From contig OY970357.1 in NCBI GenBank assembly GCA_963718585.1, positions 750,001-782,000 on the forward strand: a DNA stretch of 32,000 nucleotides. Direction: 5' to 3'. This document shows, one piece after another, positions 24,501 through 31,958 of this stretch (the stretch's first letter is position 1; each line of letters opens with the position of its first letter). The notes beneath the pieces are model-generated. The model searched no databases and was not told where the DNA came from. It was given only the letters and a program-made list of their open reading frames with translations. This DNA is from Candidatus Saccharimonadota bacterium (GTDB lineage Bacteria > Patescibacteriota > Patescibacteriia > 2-12-FULL-60-25). Both the position numbers and the translations under genes were made by a program.

Positions 24501-27500
24501 ACCATAGGTGGACGGCGTCACACACCGATACACACCGTTCGGGAGAGGTGGCGCCCACCAATTCGCGGTCGGATCCGCCGGATTCGGCGGCGGGATCTCA
24601 TATTCCGCACCGAGCGAATACTGCGTCCCTGCGGCGAGAGACCTGTACTGATAGAACCGCGAAACGCCGGTCTGTTGATTCCCGATCTTCGGACAGATGA
24701 ATTGCTTGTCCGTCGTGTTCCAGCATGTCTGCGGATCGATATGGTCATCGAATGTCCAGGTCCCGGAAACGTCCTTCCCACCACGACAGGTCTGAGCCTG
24801 ACCATTGTAGCTCGGACAATCGCTGTTTTGTGCACAAGGTTGTTGTGACTGGTCACACCGACCGCACGTCAGGAATCGATTCACCGGATCCGTAGGCAAC
24901 TGAGCGCTCAATGCCTTCCCGAGCTCCTGTGACCACGATGGCCAGTTCGACGTCGAAAGACCGGTCAGGTACGTCCCCGCCTTTGCCTGCGGATACAGAC
25001 TCTGTCCATCTTTCCCGTTCTCAAGATCCTTAGCCACTTCCTGGAAATCCGCGATGCGCAATGAATCACGCGTGAGCTTGAGCTTCACGCTGTCACACGA
25101 GCTCTCCGGGTCATAGGCGAGACACTGCCAATCTGCCTCACAGTGGATGTACTTCTGTGTTGCCGGATCCAGGATCGGCACGCCGTTCTTGCGGCACGAA
25201 TTGCTCTGATCCGTGAACTCCTTATTGATATTGAAGACCAAGCTCTGGACCATCTGATCGTAGATCCCTTGCGTGGTCTCCTGTGCATCCGGATTCCGCG
25301 AGATGATGTAGATATTGGAATAGATCGGCCCTTGGTTGCCCTGCGGACGATTGGCCGCCGCAACGTACACTGTGGAACCGTCTTTCAAAGCGGGATACCC
25401 GTCCACCGTGATCGATTCCGGGCTGCCGGAGAAACCGCGTGCGCGATACCACTCAAGCGGCGACAGATGTTGGAAGTTGCTCATGATGCGCACCCCGATC
25501 CCATCCTGTTTCAGTTCCGGATGATCCGCCCCGTAGACGAAGAGATACTGGCGCAAGATGCCGTTGGCGATGTCGATCCCGGACAACGGGACCATCGTGA
25601 TCTGAAGTTGCGGAAGATCGTCGCTCGGATCGTGCGGCGCGCCGGCGTCACGGCAATAGAAGGTCGAGAAGTTGAAATACTTCGATGACTGCGTGCTGTA
25701 GAACTCGCTCCCCGGCGGGATGTTGGGCGAATTGAGAAGGTCTCGGAACGGTGAGGTGTTGAGCGTCGGCCACGGATTCTCACAGACCTGGACCTCGACA
25801 TCCGCGATCCCCGCGATGGCCTGGCCCACGGTCGACGGGACGCTGACCGTGTCGGTCGTGACCTCCAACGTCGCGGTCAGGATGGCATGGCCGTTCTTTT
25901 GCGCGGACTCAAAGATGGCCGACGCCCCCTGGTCCTGCGTGGCGTCCACGACGCTCGGTTCGCTCGAGGTCCATGCATCCCACTTCCACGAATACCCCGC
26001 GACCGGGGACAGCGGCACGGCTTGGTTGTTCTGGATAGATTGCGCGGCAGCGGCAAACGTCCGATCTTCCGGTTGGTTGTTCGCGTTCACGAAGAGATAC
26101 GGATGATGCTCCGGATCCTGATCGGTGACCGTGACGTCGTTGATCGCACACACCTGCCCGCCGGTCGTAAAGACCCACTCAAGATCCCCGCTCTGCCCGG
26201 TCTCCAGCGCATGGACCACGCCATAACTCGTCTTGACCCCGAGCTTTTGCGGGATCGATTGATTGTCCGTCAGATCCGGATCACCAAGGAAGCGGACGCG
26301 GTAGGTCGTATTCGGATCGAACGCTTGATCGAGTTTGTACGTGAAGGTCTTGGTCCCGCTCGGCGTCGTGACCGGTGTCAGCTGACCCGTGACCTTCCCT
26401 TTGCACCACTTCTCGGCGTACACCGGCTGTCCCTGGAGCCACGCGAGGATCTTATGCCAGACCGAACGGATCCAGGCGAGGACGCCGGTCCCCTGATCGT
26501 CGGCGCGGACCAATATCTCCTGCGTCCCCGGCGGACACACGTTGTTCACCGAGGGCTGGGAGACCTCAAAACTTCCGATCGTCGCCCCCGTGTCCATGGG
26601 CACGTTGAACGTGGCGGAGATCAATGCATTCCGACACACGCCAGACCCGGACGGATAATTCCCGACCAGTTTCGGACGTTCACGGCAGCACCCATTCGCA
26701 TCCAATCCAAGACCTGCCGGACACTGGGTCTCATCCGTATAACCACATTGCAAACCATACGATGCATCCCCCTGCGTCCCCTGCATGGTCGCGGAGAGCG
26801 TGCTGGAGGCGATCCCGGTCTGTTGATCCGGTACGGCCGTGGAGGCGATATATGCCAGCTGTGTCCGGTCGACGATCTTGTCCCCTTTCTGAGCAAGCGG
26901 ATCCAACAACAGATACGCGGCCTTAAGCGCGGACCCTAACGGCGGAGGCGAGGCGTCATAATGCGCGGCATGCGCAAGATCGTTCGATGGGATCCCCTGC
27001 TCGCATTGCTCCCCCTTCTCAAGGATCCCATTCCCGCAAAAACTGGGTTGCATCTTCCCGCTCGTGTCCGTGTAGTACGCACTCGATCCTTCGAGGAGAC
27101 AAGAGGCACTGCATCCGTCACCGCTGATGCTATTCCCATCATCGCAATCCTCTCCCCGATCGATCGCATTGTTCCCACAACATGCTGTGGTCTGGCCCGG
27201 CGCACACGCGACCGTTCCGGTATGCAGACAGGTGGTCGGATCGCATCCGGGCGGGAATGGCGTATTCAGACTCGGCCGCTCACAGGTCTCACCCGGTTCC
27301 AGGATCGCATTTCCACAGACACCGGCGACCACGCTGGAAGGCGCCGAACCTTCGTGCAGACAGATCGCAGAACAGCCGTCGCCATTCGTGATGTTCCCAT
27401 CGTCACAATCTTTCCCATCTCCCAGCGGATCATTGTTCCCGCACGTCGATTTGCCGGCCGGCGCTCCCAAATGACGACAGGAGGAAGAACATCCGCGATA

Positions 27501-30500
27501 ATCATGCATCGCGCATGTACCACCGGCATTCGTACACGCAGCGCGCGCGGCATCCGTCAGACAGGATGTCCCATCCGAGACCGGGGTCGTGGTGGTCGCA
27601 TTTCCACCTCCGAGACAGGTCGGACCAAAGTCACAGGCCTCCCCCTGATCTTTTTGGACGATGCCATCGCCACACGTTCCCCCAAGTCCGTAGGCCGGCA
27701 CGGGTTTATACAAACAGGTCGTCGCATCGCAGACGGTCCCGTCCAATCCGGGTTCGCACTCCTCCCCCGCTTTGGCGCCAGCCGCAAAAAGCTGACATGG
27801 CTTGCCCGTCGGGGTCTTGCCATTGACGCAGAAATCCTTGTCCGTGGTCTCGATCACGCCATTGCCACAGACCGCGACTTTGCCGAACAGACCGCTTGCC
27901 CCGGTCGCAAGACACCTTCCGCTGCAACCCTGCGGCAGCGTTCCGCCCGTATCCACGAGCTCCCCGCCGATCCGATAGAAATCCGCGGTCTGCGCATCGG
28001 ACGTCGCCCAGGTCGTATTACTCGGCACGAGCATCTGCCCGTCCGTGCTGCACACGTCACCTTTGGTGAACGGCGTTGCCGTGAAGAGCTGACGACCATC
28101 GATCCGCGTTTCCACTTTTTTGGCTGGCGAGATGTCCACACGCTCCGGCGTACACGTCGCCGTCGGTCCGGTCAGGACACGGAAGATCCAAACGTACCCC
28201 TGTGGATGATTGAGAGATGCCATCGGCACGCCATTGTCTCCTTTCAGACCATTCGGTACAGCCGGCCCGCCCTTGAGGAGTACCCGATAGAACGCCCCCG
28301 GCTCCAAGGACGATGACGGTGTGATGGAGATGAACCGATCCGTATCGTTCGTCGTCCCCGGCGGCGTGGACAGTTCGACTTTCGCGGAAAGTCCCGGCTG
28401 ACTCAACGGCGGGCTCAACTCGGACTCGAAACAGTTCTCGTTATGACATTTCCGCAGCTCGACATTCCCCGGCGTCAGGACGCTCGTGGGATCCAATGCC
28501 GCAGAGAAACGTGCCCAGATCAACGCGTTGGAACAGGCAGAATCACAATTCGGTCCGTATTGCTCGATGGTCGGCGGGATGAAGTGGATCGACAGCTTCC
28601 CGGTCCCCACAAGCGGCGCGGGCTGGTTCTGCAATTGCACATTCATGTTCACGGGCGCAGCGCCGGTCTCCGCGAGCCCGGTCCCGATCTGTTTGCAATC
28701 GACATGTCCATCCGAATCCTCATCCGCATTCGAAAGGTCCGCACGCGGATCTGACTGCCCCGGGGCACCGGTATACCAGCTCCAATCGTACTGATGACAA
28801 TCAAGGATGATACACGCGTCATTCGCGTACGTCGGCTCCGCAAGATACGGCGTGGTCTCCCCGGATTTGGACATTTCATACATCGACGGAATGAGCGTCA
28901 CGGACCCGATGTTCGCCGTATCCGCGCTATCCCGTGTCTTGAACCGATAACAATACCCATAGGTCTCCCCATTCGGCCCGGTCCCGCACGCGGTCACGGG
29001 CTCCATGTTCGCGCCACCAGCCCCGGCCGCCTTCACATCCGTCGAGACCGTGACGAGATAGGTCGTCCCCGTCGCAAAGGTCTTTCCGCCGTAATGTCCC
29101 AACGTCACGACATCCTGCTCCGGGGTCTCATGGATCAAAAGCGGATCATTGAACGCGGAAGAAACATCTTCGGTCGTCGCACACGGATCATTGCCCGTAT
29201 CCGTACATTTCGACACGTGGAATGCGGAACGGACCACCGTCGATGGATCAAGCGGACGGCTGAACCGCATCTTCAGATCCGCCTCGATCGGCGCTTGATC
29301 ACCACCAGCCCGTCCGAGCCAGGGAGACGGAGACGGGGTGACCGGCGGCTGCGACTGCGGTGCGCACTCCTCCACCACCCGCGGCGCGATCGGGATCAAT
29401 CCCGTGGACATCTGCCACGCGTATTGCGCGGACAGGGGCGCCGTTCCACATGCCTGCCCCACAGCGCGACATTCACCGGTCGGACAACACTGGAACTGAC
29501 TTGGCGGTCCGCAGATGTCCGGCGCTTCGTTGCAGTTCCGTACCGTAAAATCCACAGCGTTCGATGTCTGCCCGCCGGTCTTCACGGTCACGGGTCCGGT
29601 GACGGCTCCGTTCGGGACGGCCGTATCGACCTCGTTGTTCGTGTTGGAGAGGACGTTCGCAAGCGTATTCAAGGAAAAACTCACCGTGGGCGGCGTCAGA
29701 CCGAAGCGGTCCCCGTACAATTTGACCGCGGTCCCGACCGGACCCGAGACCGGATCGATGCCACAGATCCCCGGTTTCGGCGTTCCCGTCGTGATCGTGA
29801 ATGTCAGACTGTTCGACACTGCGCCATCCGCACGCTTGACCTTCACGTGGTAGGAGCCGGTCGGCGTCTGCGCGTTGTTGGGGAAGGTGCTCGGCGCCTT
29901 GATCACGATGGATGCATCCCGCCAGAAACTCGCGGCATTGCAGACCGGTGGGAAATTCGTATCTCCGATCGCATCCACGCCGCTCTGATCGTTGGTGAAG
30001 ACCACGGTCCCGAGATCATATCCGAAATTACTGCCCGACAAGGTCAGATATTCTTGCTGCGGCCCCTGCCCCGGATCGATGGATGTCAGGACCGGTGCCG
30101 CGCCGTAGGTCTTATTGAGCACCGTGTACGTTGCCGGATTGGAGATGCCGGCGGTCGTCGTGACATAGACCGGGTAGTTCCCCGCATCGACGACTGGAAC
30201 ATGGATACGGACGTCGGTGTCCGTCCAACTCGGGAATGAGGAAAGCACGCGGCTCAAACTCCCGAAGTACACACTCGATGGCGCCGTCCCGAACCCACTT
30301 CCAATGACGTCTGCCTCATCATTCACATACCCAGACGACGGTTTGATCCCGCAAACACCTGGATGGGCCACGTCATTCGCAAGGAAATCCGCGAGGTGCG
30401 GACCATCCGTATCATCCGTCCGATCGGTCAACGTTGAACTCGCATTCCGGATCTGGATCGGCCCTGATGCCGCTCCATCCGGAACGGCGACGATGGCCTG

Positions 30501-31958
30501 GGTCGCACTCCACGTAGACAGACCGGCCGCCGTACAGACCGAGGGAGGTGCCGCGACACGATCGTCATTCGGATCCGCCGGATCACCGAGGAAGGTCACG
30601 GTCCCAGGCGTGTCACCGAAGTTCACGCCGAGCAGGGTCACGAACGTCCCCGGGCGTCCATTGTTCGGACTCATCTGCGTGATGATCGGTTTGACGACGC
30701 AGACATTGCTCTGACAGAAACCGGAAGAACACTGACTGTTCGTGGAACACGTCCCACCGGTACACGCGCCGCAATACTCCGCACTCGATGGATCTCCACC
30801 ACAATCGATCCCGGTCTCGCCCTTATCCGCATCCAGCTTTTGGTTGAAACAGTGTTCTGCACGGACCACGACGTTCACGCCCGCGCTCTGTGTGACATTC
30901 GTATCCAGATCCGATGCGCTGGCGGTCAATGTGTGGGTCCCCAACGTGACACCGGCCGTATTCCAAAGGAGATGCGCCGTGAACGGGGTAAACGGAGGAC
31001 CCGCAGGTGCATCCATCCCGATCTGGGTGTTGCCATCCGCAGTCCCCTCGACCGTTGAGATCCCACTGTCATCGGTCGCATCCGCGTAGACGTCCTGCGT
31101 CAAACTGTTCACCGGCACAGACATCCCGTCTGTCGGGAACGTGACGCTCACCTGCGGCGGCTGCGTGTCAACGAGATCCCCCGTATGGAAATCCACCGTG
31201 CATGCTAAGGCGAATCCGCCGCACGTGACCGTCTGACCGCCGCTTGATTTGAGGGTCTTTGCGACCGTGACCGTGAAATCCGCATTGGCATCAAAACATT
31301 TCCGCGTCTGATTCGGTGCCGGACAATCTGCGGACGGGGTGAATGTCGCGAGACTCCCGCTCACGTCGACCGTTCCCCCCACGGGTGCGCCTCCTTCGGT
31401 CACGGTGATCGCGCCAGCGCTGGACGGATCGATGGCTTTGCTCAGCAGGATCTTTACCTGCACGTTCCGCAACGGAACATCCCCCTGCGGGGTGATGGAT
31501 TGGATGACAAAGACCTGACCCGGAGAACCGCCGCTGAATCCGCCGGTATACCCAGGACCCGTACCGCCGGTGACCGTTCCGCCGCTGGTCGTGGCCTGCA
31601 AGAGACGATCGATGACGAATCGCGCAATAGCCCAGGACGAAAGGATGATGATGAGTCCGATGATCGCATTACGAATGATCGCTTTGGCCTTTGTCGTCTT
31701 TTCCGCTTCCCCGCCCGAGGTCATGTACAGGAACCCGGCGTACAAGATGAGGACCACCATGATGATGGCCAGGAGCCCGAGCGCGACATTGATGAGATTC
31801 GCCGCGATGACACGCGGATCATTGTTCGGAAGCTTGATCGTCTGACCCACGGCGTTCAGCCCGGTATCGACCTGCGCATGGACCGGCGCAATGAGAAAGG
31901 CACCGGCGCCCGCGAGCGACAGACTGATCGTCAGGACAGTTAGCAGGCGACGGATCAT
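21507..31958 (-). CDS. Giant (~3,483 aa) cysteine-rich multidomain surface protein with an N-terminal T4SS-pilin-like membrane module
   Basis: One uninterrupted ORF of about 10.45 kb. The track starts at a TTG at 31982; the ATG at 31958 (MIRRLLTVL) is preferred. Recognisable protein-like modules run throughout (see sub-features and findings). All long ORFs on the opposite strand are Arg-rich shadows. Confidence 0.9.
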   Translation of the reverse strand: MIRRLLTVLTISLSLAGAGAFLIAPVHAQVDTGLNAVGQTIKLPNNDPRVIAANLINVALGLLAIIMVVLILYAGFLYMTSGGEAEKTTKAKAIIRNAIIGLIIILSSWAIARFVIDRLLQATTSGGTVTGGTGPGYTGGFSGGSPGQVFVIQSITPQGDVPLRNVQVKILLSKAIDPSSAGAITVTEGGAPVGGTVDVSGSLATFTPSADCPAPNQTRKCFDANADFTVTVAKTLKSSGGQTVTCGGFALACTVDFHTGDLVDTQPPQVSVTFPTDGMSVPVNSLTQDVYADATDDSGISTVEGTADGNTQIGMDAPAGPPFTPFTAHLLWNTAGVTLGTHTLTASASDLDTNVTQSAGVNVVVRAEHCFNQKLDADKGETGIDCGGDPSSAEYCGACTGGTCSTNSQCSSGFCQSNVCVVKPIITQMSPNNGRPGTFVTLLGVNFGDTPGTVTFLGDPADPNDDRVAAPPSVCTAAGLSTWSATQAIVAVPDGAASGPIQIRNASSTLTDRTDDTDGPHLADFLANDVAHPGVCGIKPSSGYVNDEADVIGSGFGTAPSSVYFGSLSRVLSSFPSWTDTDVRIHVPVVDAGNYPVYVTTTAGISNPATYTVLNKTYGAAPVLTSIDPGQGPQQEYLTLSGSNFGYDLGTVVFTNDQSGVDAIGDTNFPPVCNAASFWRDASIVIKAPSTFPNNAQTPTGSYHVKVKRADGAVSNSLTFTITTGTPKPGICGIDPVSGPVGTAVKLYGDRFGLTPPTVSFSLNTLANVLSNTNNEVDTAVPNGAVTGPVTVKTGGQTSNAVDFTVRNCNEAPDICGPPSQFQCCPTGECRAVGQACGTAPLSAQYAWQMSTGLIPIAPRVVEECAPQSQPPVTPSPSPWLGRAGGDQAPIEADLKMRFSRPLDPSTVVRSAFHVSKCTDTGNDPCATTEDVSSAFNDPLLIHETPEQDVVTLGHYGGKTFATGTTYLVTVSTDVKAAGAGGANMEPVTACGTGPNGETYGYCYRFKTRDSADTANIGSVTLIPSMYEMSKSGETTPYLAEPTYANDACIILDCHQYDWSWYTGAPGQSDPRADLSNADEDSDGHVDCKQIGTGLAETGAAPVNMNVQLQNQPAPLVGTGKLSIHFIPPTIEQYGPNCDSACSNALIWARFSAALDPTSVLTPGNVELRKCHNENCFESELSPPLSQPGLSAKVELSTPPGTTNDTDRFISITPSSSLEPGAFYRVLLKGGPAVPNGLKGDNGVPMASLNHPQGYVWIFRVLTGPTATCTPERVDISPAKKVETRIDGRQLFTATPFTKGDVCSTDGQMLVPSNTTWATSDAQTADFYRIGGELVDTGGTLPQGCSGRCLATGASGLFGKVAVCGNGVIETTDKDFCVNGKTPTGKPCQLFAAGAKAGEECEPGLDGTVCDATTCLYKPVPAYGLGGTCGDGIVQKDQGEACDFGPTCLGGGNATTTTPVSDGTSCLTDAARAACTNAGGTCAMHDYRGCSSSCRHLGAPAGKSTCGNNDPLGDGKDCDDGNITNGDGCSAICLHEGSAPSSVVAGVCGNAILEPGETCERPSLNTPFPPGCDPTTCLHTGTVACAPGQTTACCGNNAIDRGEDCDDGNSISGDGCSASCLLEGSSAYYTDTSGKMQPSFCGNGILEKGEQCEQGIPSNDLAHAAHYDASPPPLGSALKAAYLLLDPLAQKGDKIVDRTQLAYIASTAVPDQQTGIASSTLSATMQGTQGDASYGLQCGYTDETQCPAGLGLDANGCCRERPKLVGNYPSGSGVCRNALISATFNVPMDTGATIGSFEVSQPSVNNVCPPGTQEILVRADDQGTGVLAWIRSVWHKILAWLQGQPVYAEKWCKGKVTGQLTPVTTPSGTKTFTYKLDQAFDPNTTYRVRFLGDPDLTDNQSIPQKLGVKTSYGVVHALETGQSGDLEWVFTTGGQVCAINDVTVTDQDPEHHPYLFVNANNQPEDRTFAAAAQSIQNNQAVPLSPVAGYSWKWDAWTSSEPSVVDATQDQGASAIFESAQKNGHAILTATLEVTTDTVSVPSTVGQAIAGIADVEVQVCENPWPTLNTSPFRDLLNSPNIPPGSEFYSTQSSKYFNFSTFYCRDAGAPHDPSDDLPQLQITMVPLSGIDIANGILRQYLFVYGADHPELKQDGIGVRIMSNFQHLSPLEWYRARGFSGSPESITVDGYPALKDGSTVYVAAANRPQGNQGPIYSNIYIISRNPDAQETTQGIYDQMVQSLVFNINKEFTDQSNSCRKNGVPILDPATQKYIHCEADWQCLAYDPESSCDSVKLKLTRDSLRIADFQEVAKDLENGKDGQSLYPQAKAGTYLTGLSTSNWPSWSQELGKALSAQLPTDPVNRFLTCGRCDQSQQPCAQNSDCPSYNGQAQTCRGGKDVSGTWTFDDHIDPQTCWNTTDKQFICPKIGNQQTGVSRFYQYRSLAAGTQYSLGAEYEIPPPNPADPTANWWAPPLPNGVYRCVTPSTYGQFCAGANGTGDDALCRPCPNPNVCKQCKNSPTFCSSDADCGGTSGSCQNIPVVSGSCRQFGGTFNYTNICKSGTYAEAGICGDGVLNAGEVCEIGQTQNVQCTTVNGEPGHRQQTCNACQSFSDDPQHPDCIPDVHCGNARVDKQCSGSKLGCLTDGDCASGETCQKAETCDDGALNGTYGHCNTSCNGYSGFCGDGKLSPGEVCDVGNDQTKTDFNGKYAGSCSLDCKGPGPYCGDGLISPPEECDGNTQANDGAICSAGSNLGQPCTTDADCGGSNAKCGGTGTTNSCVGVTVVVGGITRDTHHVRTCNAPGTTNACKWAGSGTGWSGCVAKGICGDGVQDSGEECDNGKDNGDTKACTTSCKKNICGDGKVNIGVEECDAGADNGKVTCSADYNSSCLSCSTSCKFLASAGGYCGNGIKEGPEQCDGNQPAGTFCSSGAKKGQPCASDAECGAGAKCLSVIHSTNPVPSGAPAGVAVAVQSNCTQSPCVQTSEPGISCTKLGYDYSINGLYPEIVGPKTPQTEAAIQAEDQRTQFYSAGYNCAPYQALTWYQYAMYRDCLGMTCQVTGQPGLGAESKLSFADPLPSANDFWKCVYEKGPQYGVSVDTSADIVACSAGCGFQNCAKCSDVPGKGVITGKIHDAVYANQPVPGARVTLLSKGVKVDETYTDNDGVFTFSTLNTNPACNSYKIVVDMYQDNTCTAVDNNGDRPSCDGTTWNNFVGNVDESLNGGYWPYTSDAFTVTTFHSQGIKNSDGYIYLLPRVAKNESLVVVTWNGDLQGNDINVHLGFPIYTDANGKKVAYGQFHTDVNPDYASPTNYDQDKSYDTYCVKKPTNSNVAGPPIDSDQVYSYSDCTGGQVIGNGCLGEVFWNHNGLRDLTKLPHARAYCYHSGDSCDVCTHLTTAPEVLKYSPPYFSGDLTVGLNDLKSAWSLKDYQDMSLRVQLVTFTSHQSFTPSCYDHTWIPFQQNGETGQVNILNTCVPKTQQTQYGIYDW
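23115..24866 (-). repeat. Cys-rich repeat array 2 (seven CG[DN]G-type modules plus C-x-[ST]-D-x-[DE]-C knots, aa ~2373-2956)
   Basis: CGDGVLNAGEVCE, CGNARVDKQC, CGDGKLSPGEVCD, CGDGLISPPEECDGN, CGDGVQDSGEECDNG, CGDGKVNIGVEECDAG, CGNGIKEGPEQCDGN. Interleaved with QPCTTDADCGGSNAKC, QPCASDAECGAGAKC and FCSSDADCGGTSGSC. Confidence 0.7.
26988..27872 (-). repeat. Cys-rich repeat array 1 (six CG[DN]G-type modules, aa ~1371-1665)
   Basis: CGNGVIE, CGDGIVQKDQGEACD, CGNNDPLGDGKDCDDGNITNGDGCSAICLHEG, CGNAILEPGETCE, CGNNAIDRGEDCDDGNSISGDGCSASCLLEG, CGNGILEKGEQCE. This resembles the Myxococcus cysteine-rich repeat (DUF4215 / TIGR02232) as I remember it. Confidence 0.7.
29538..30692 (-). repeat. Four tandem IPT/TIG Ig-like domains (aa ~431-815 of the giant protein)
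   Basis: Each unit opens P-x-I/C-x-I/M-x-P-x-x-G and carries a G-x-x-F-G core: ITQMSPNNGRPGTFVTLLGVNFG; CGIKPSSGYVNDEADVIGSGFG; LTSIDPGQGPQQEYLTLSGSNFG; CGIDPVSGPVGTAVKLYGDRFG. Confidence 0.75.
31599..31958 (-). other. Signal peptide plus two-helix VirB2/TrbC-type 'T4SS pilin'-like module of the giant protein
   Basis: MIRRLLTVLTISLSLAGAGAFLIAPVHA | QVD..., then RVIAANLINVALGLLAIIMVVLILYAGFLYMTSGGEAEKTTKAKAIIRNAIIGLIIILSSWAIARFVIDRLL. The helix / MTSGG-x-EK-x2-KAK loop / helix layout matches my memory of the small CPR pilin family (Pfam T4SS_pilin, related to TrbC/VirB2). No HMM was run. Confidence 0.65.

Noticed and set aside
25887-30239. Three long + strand ORFs (350, 451 and 481 aa) inside the giant gene region
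   Set aside because: All are extremely Arg-rich, low-information sequences antisense to a frame with recognisable IPT/TIG and Cys-repeat domains. They are consistent with codon-bias shadows, not genes.
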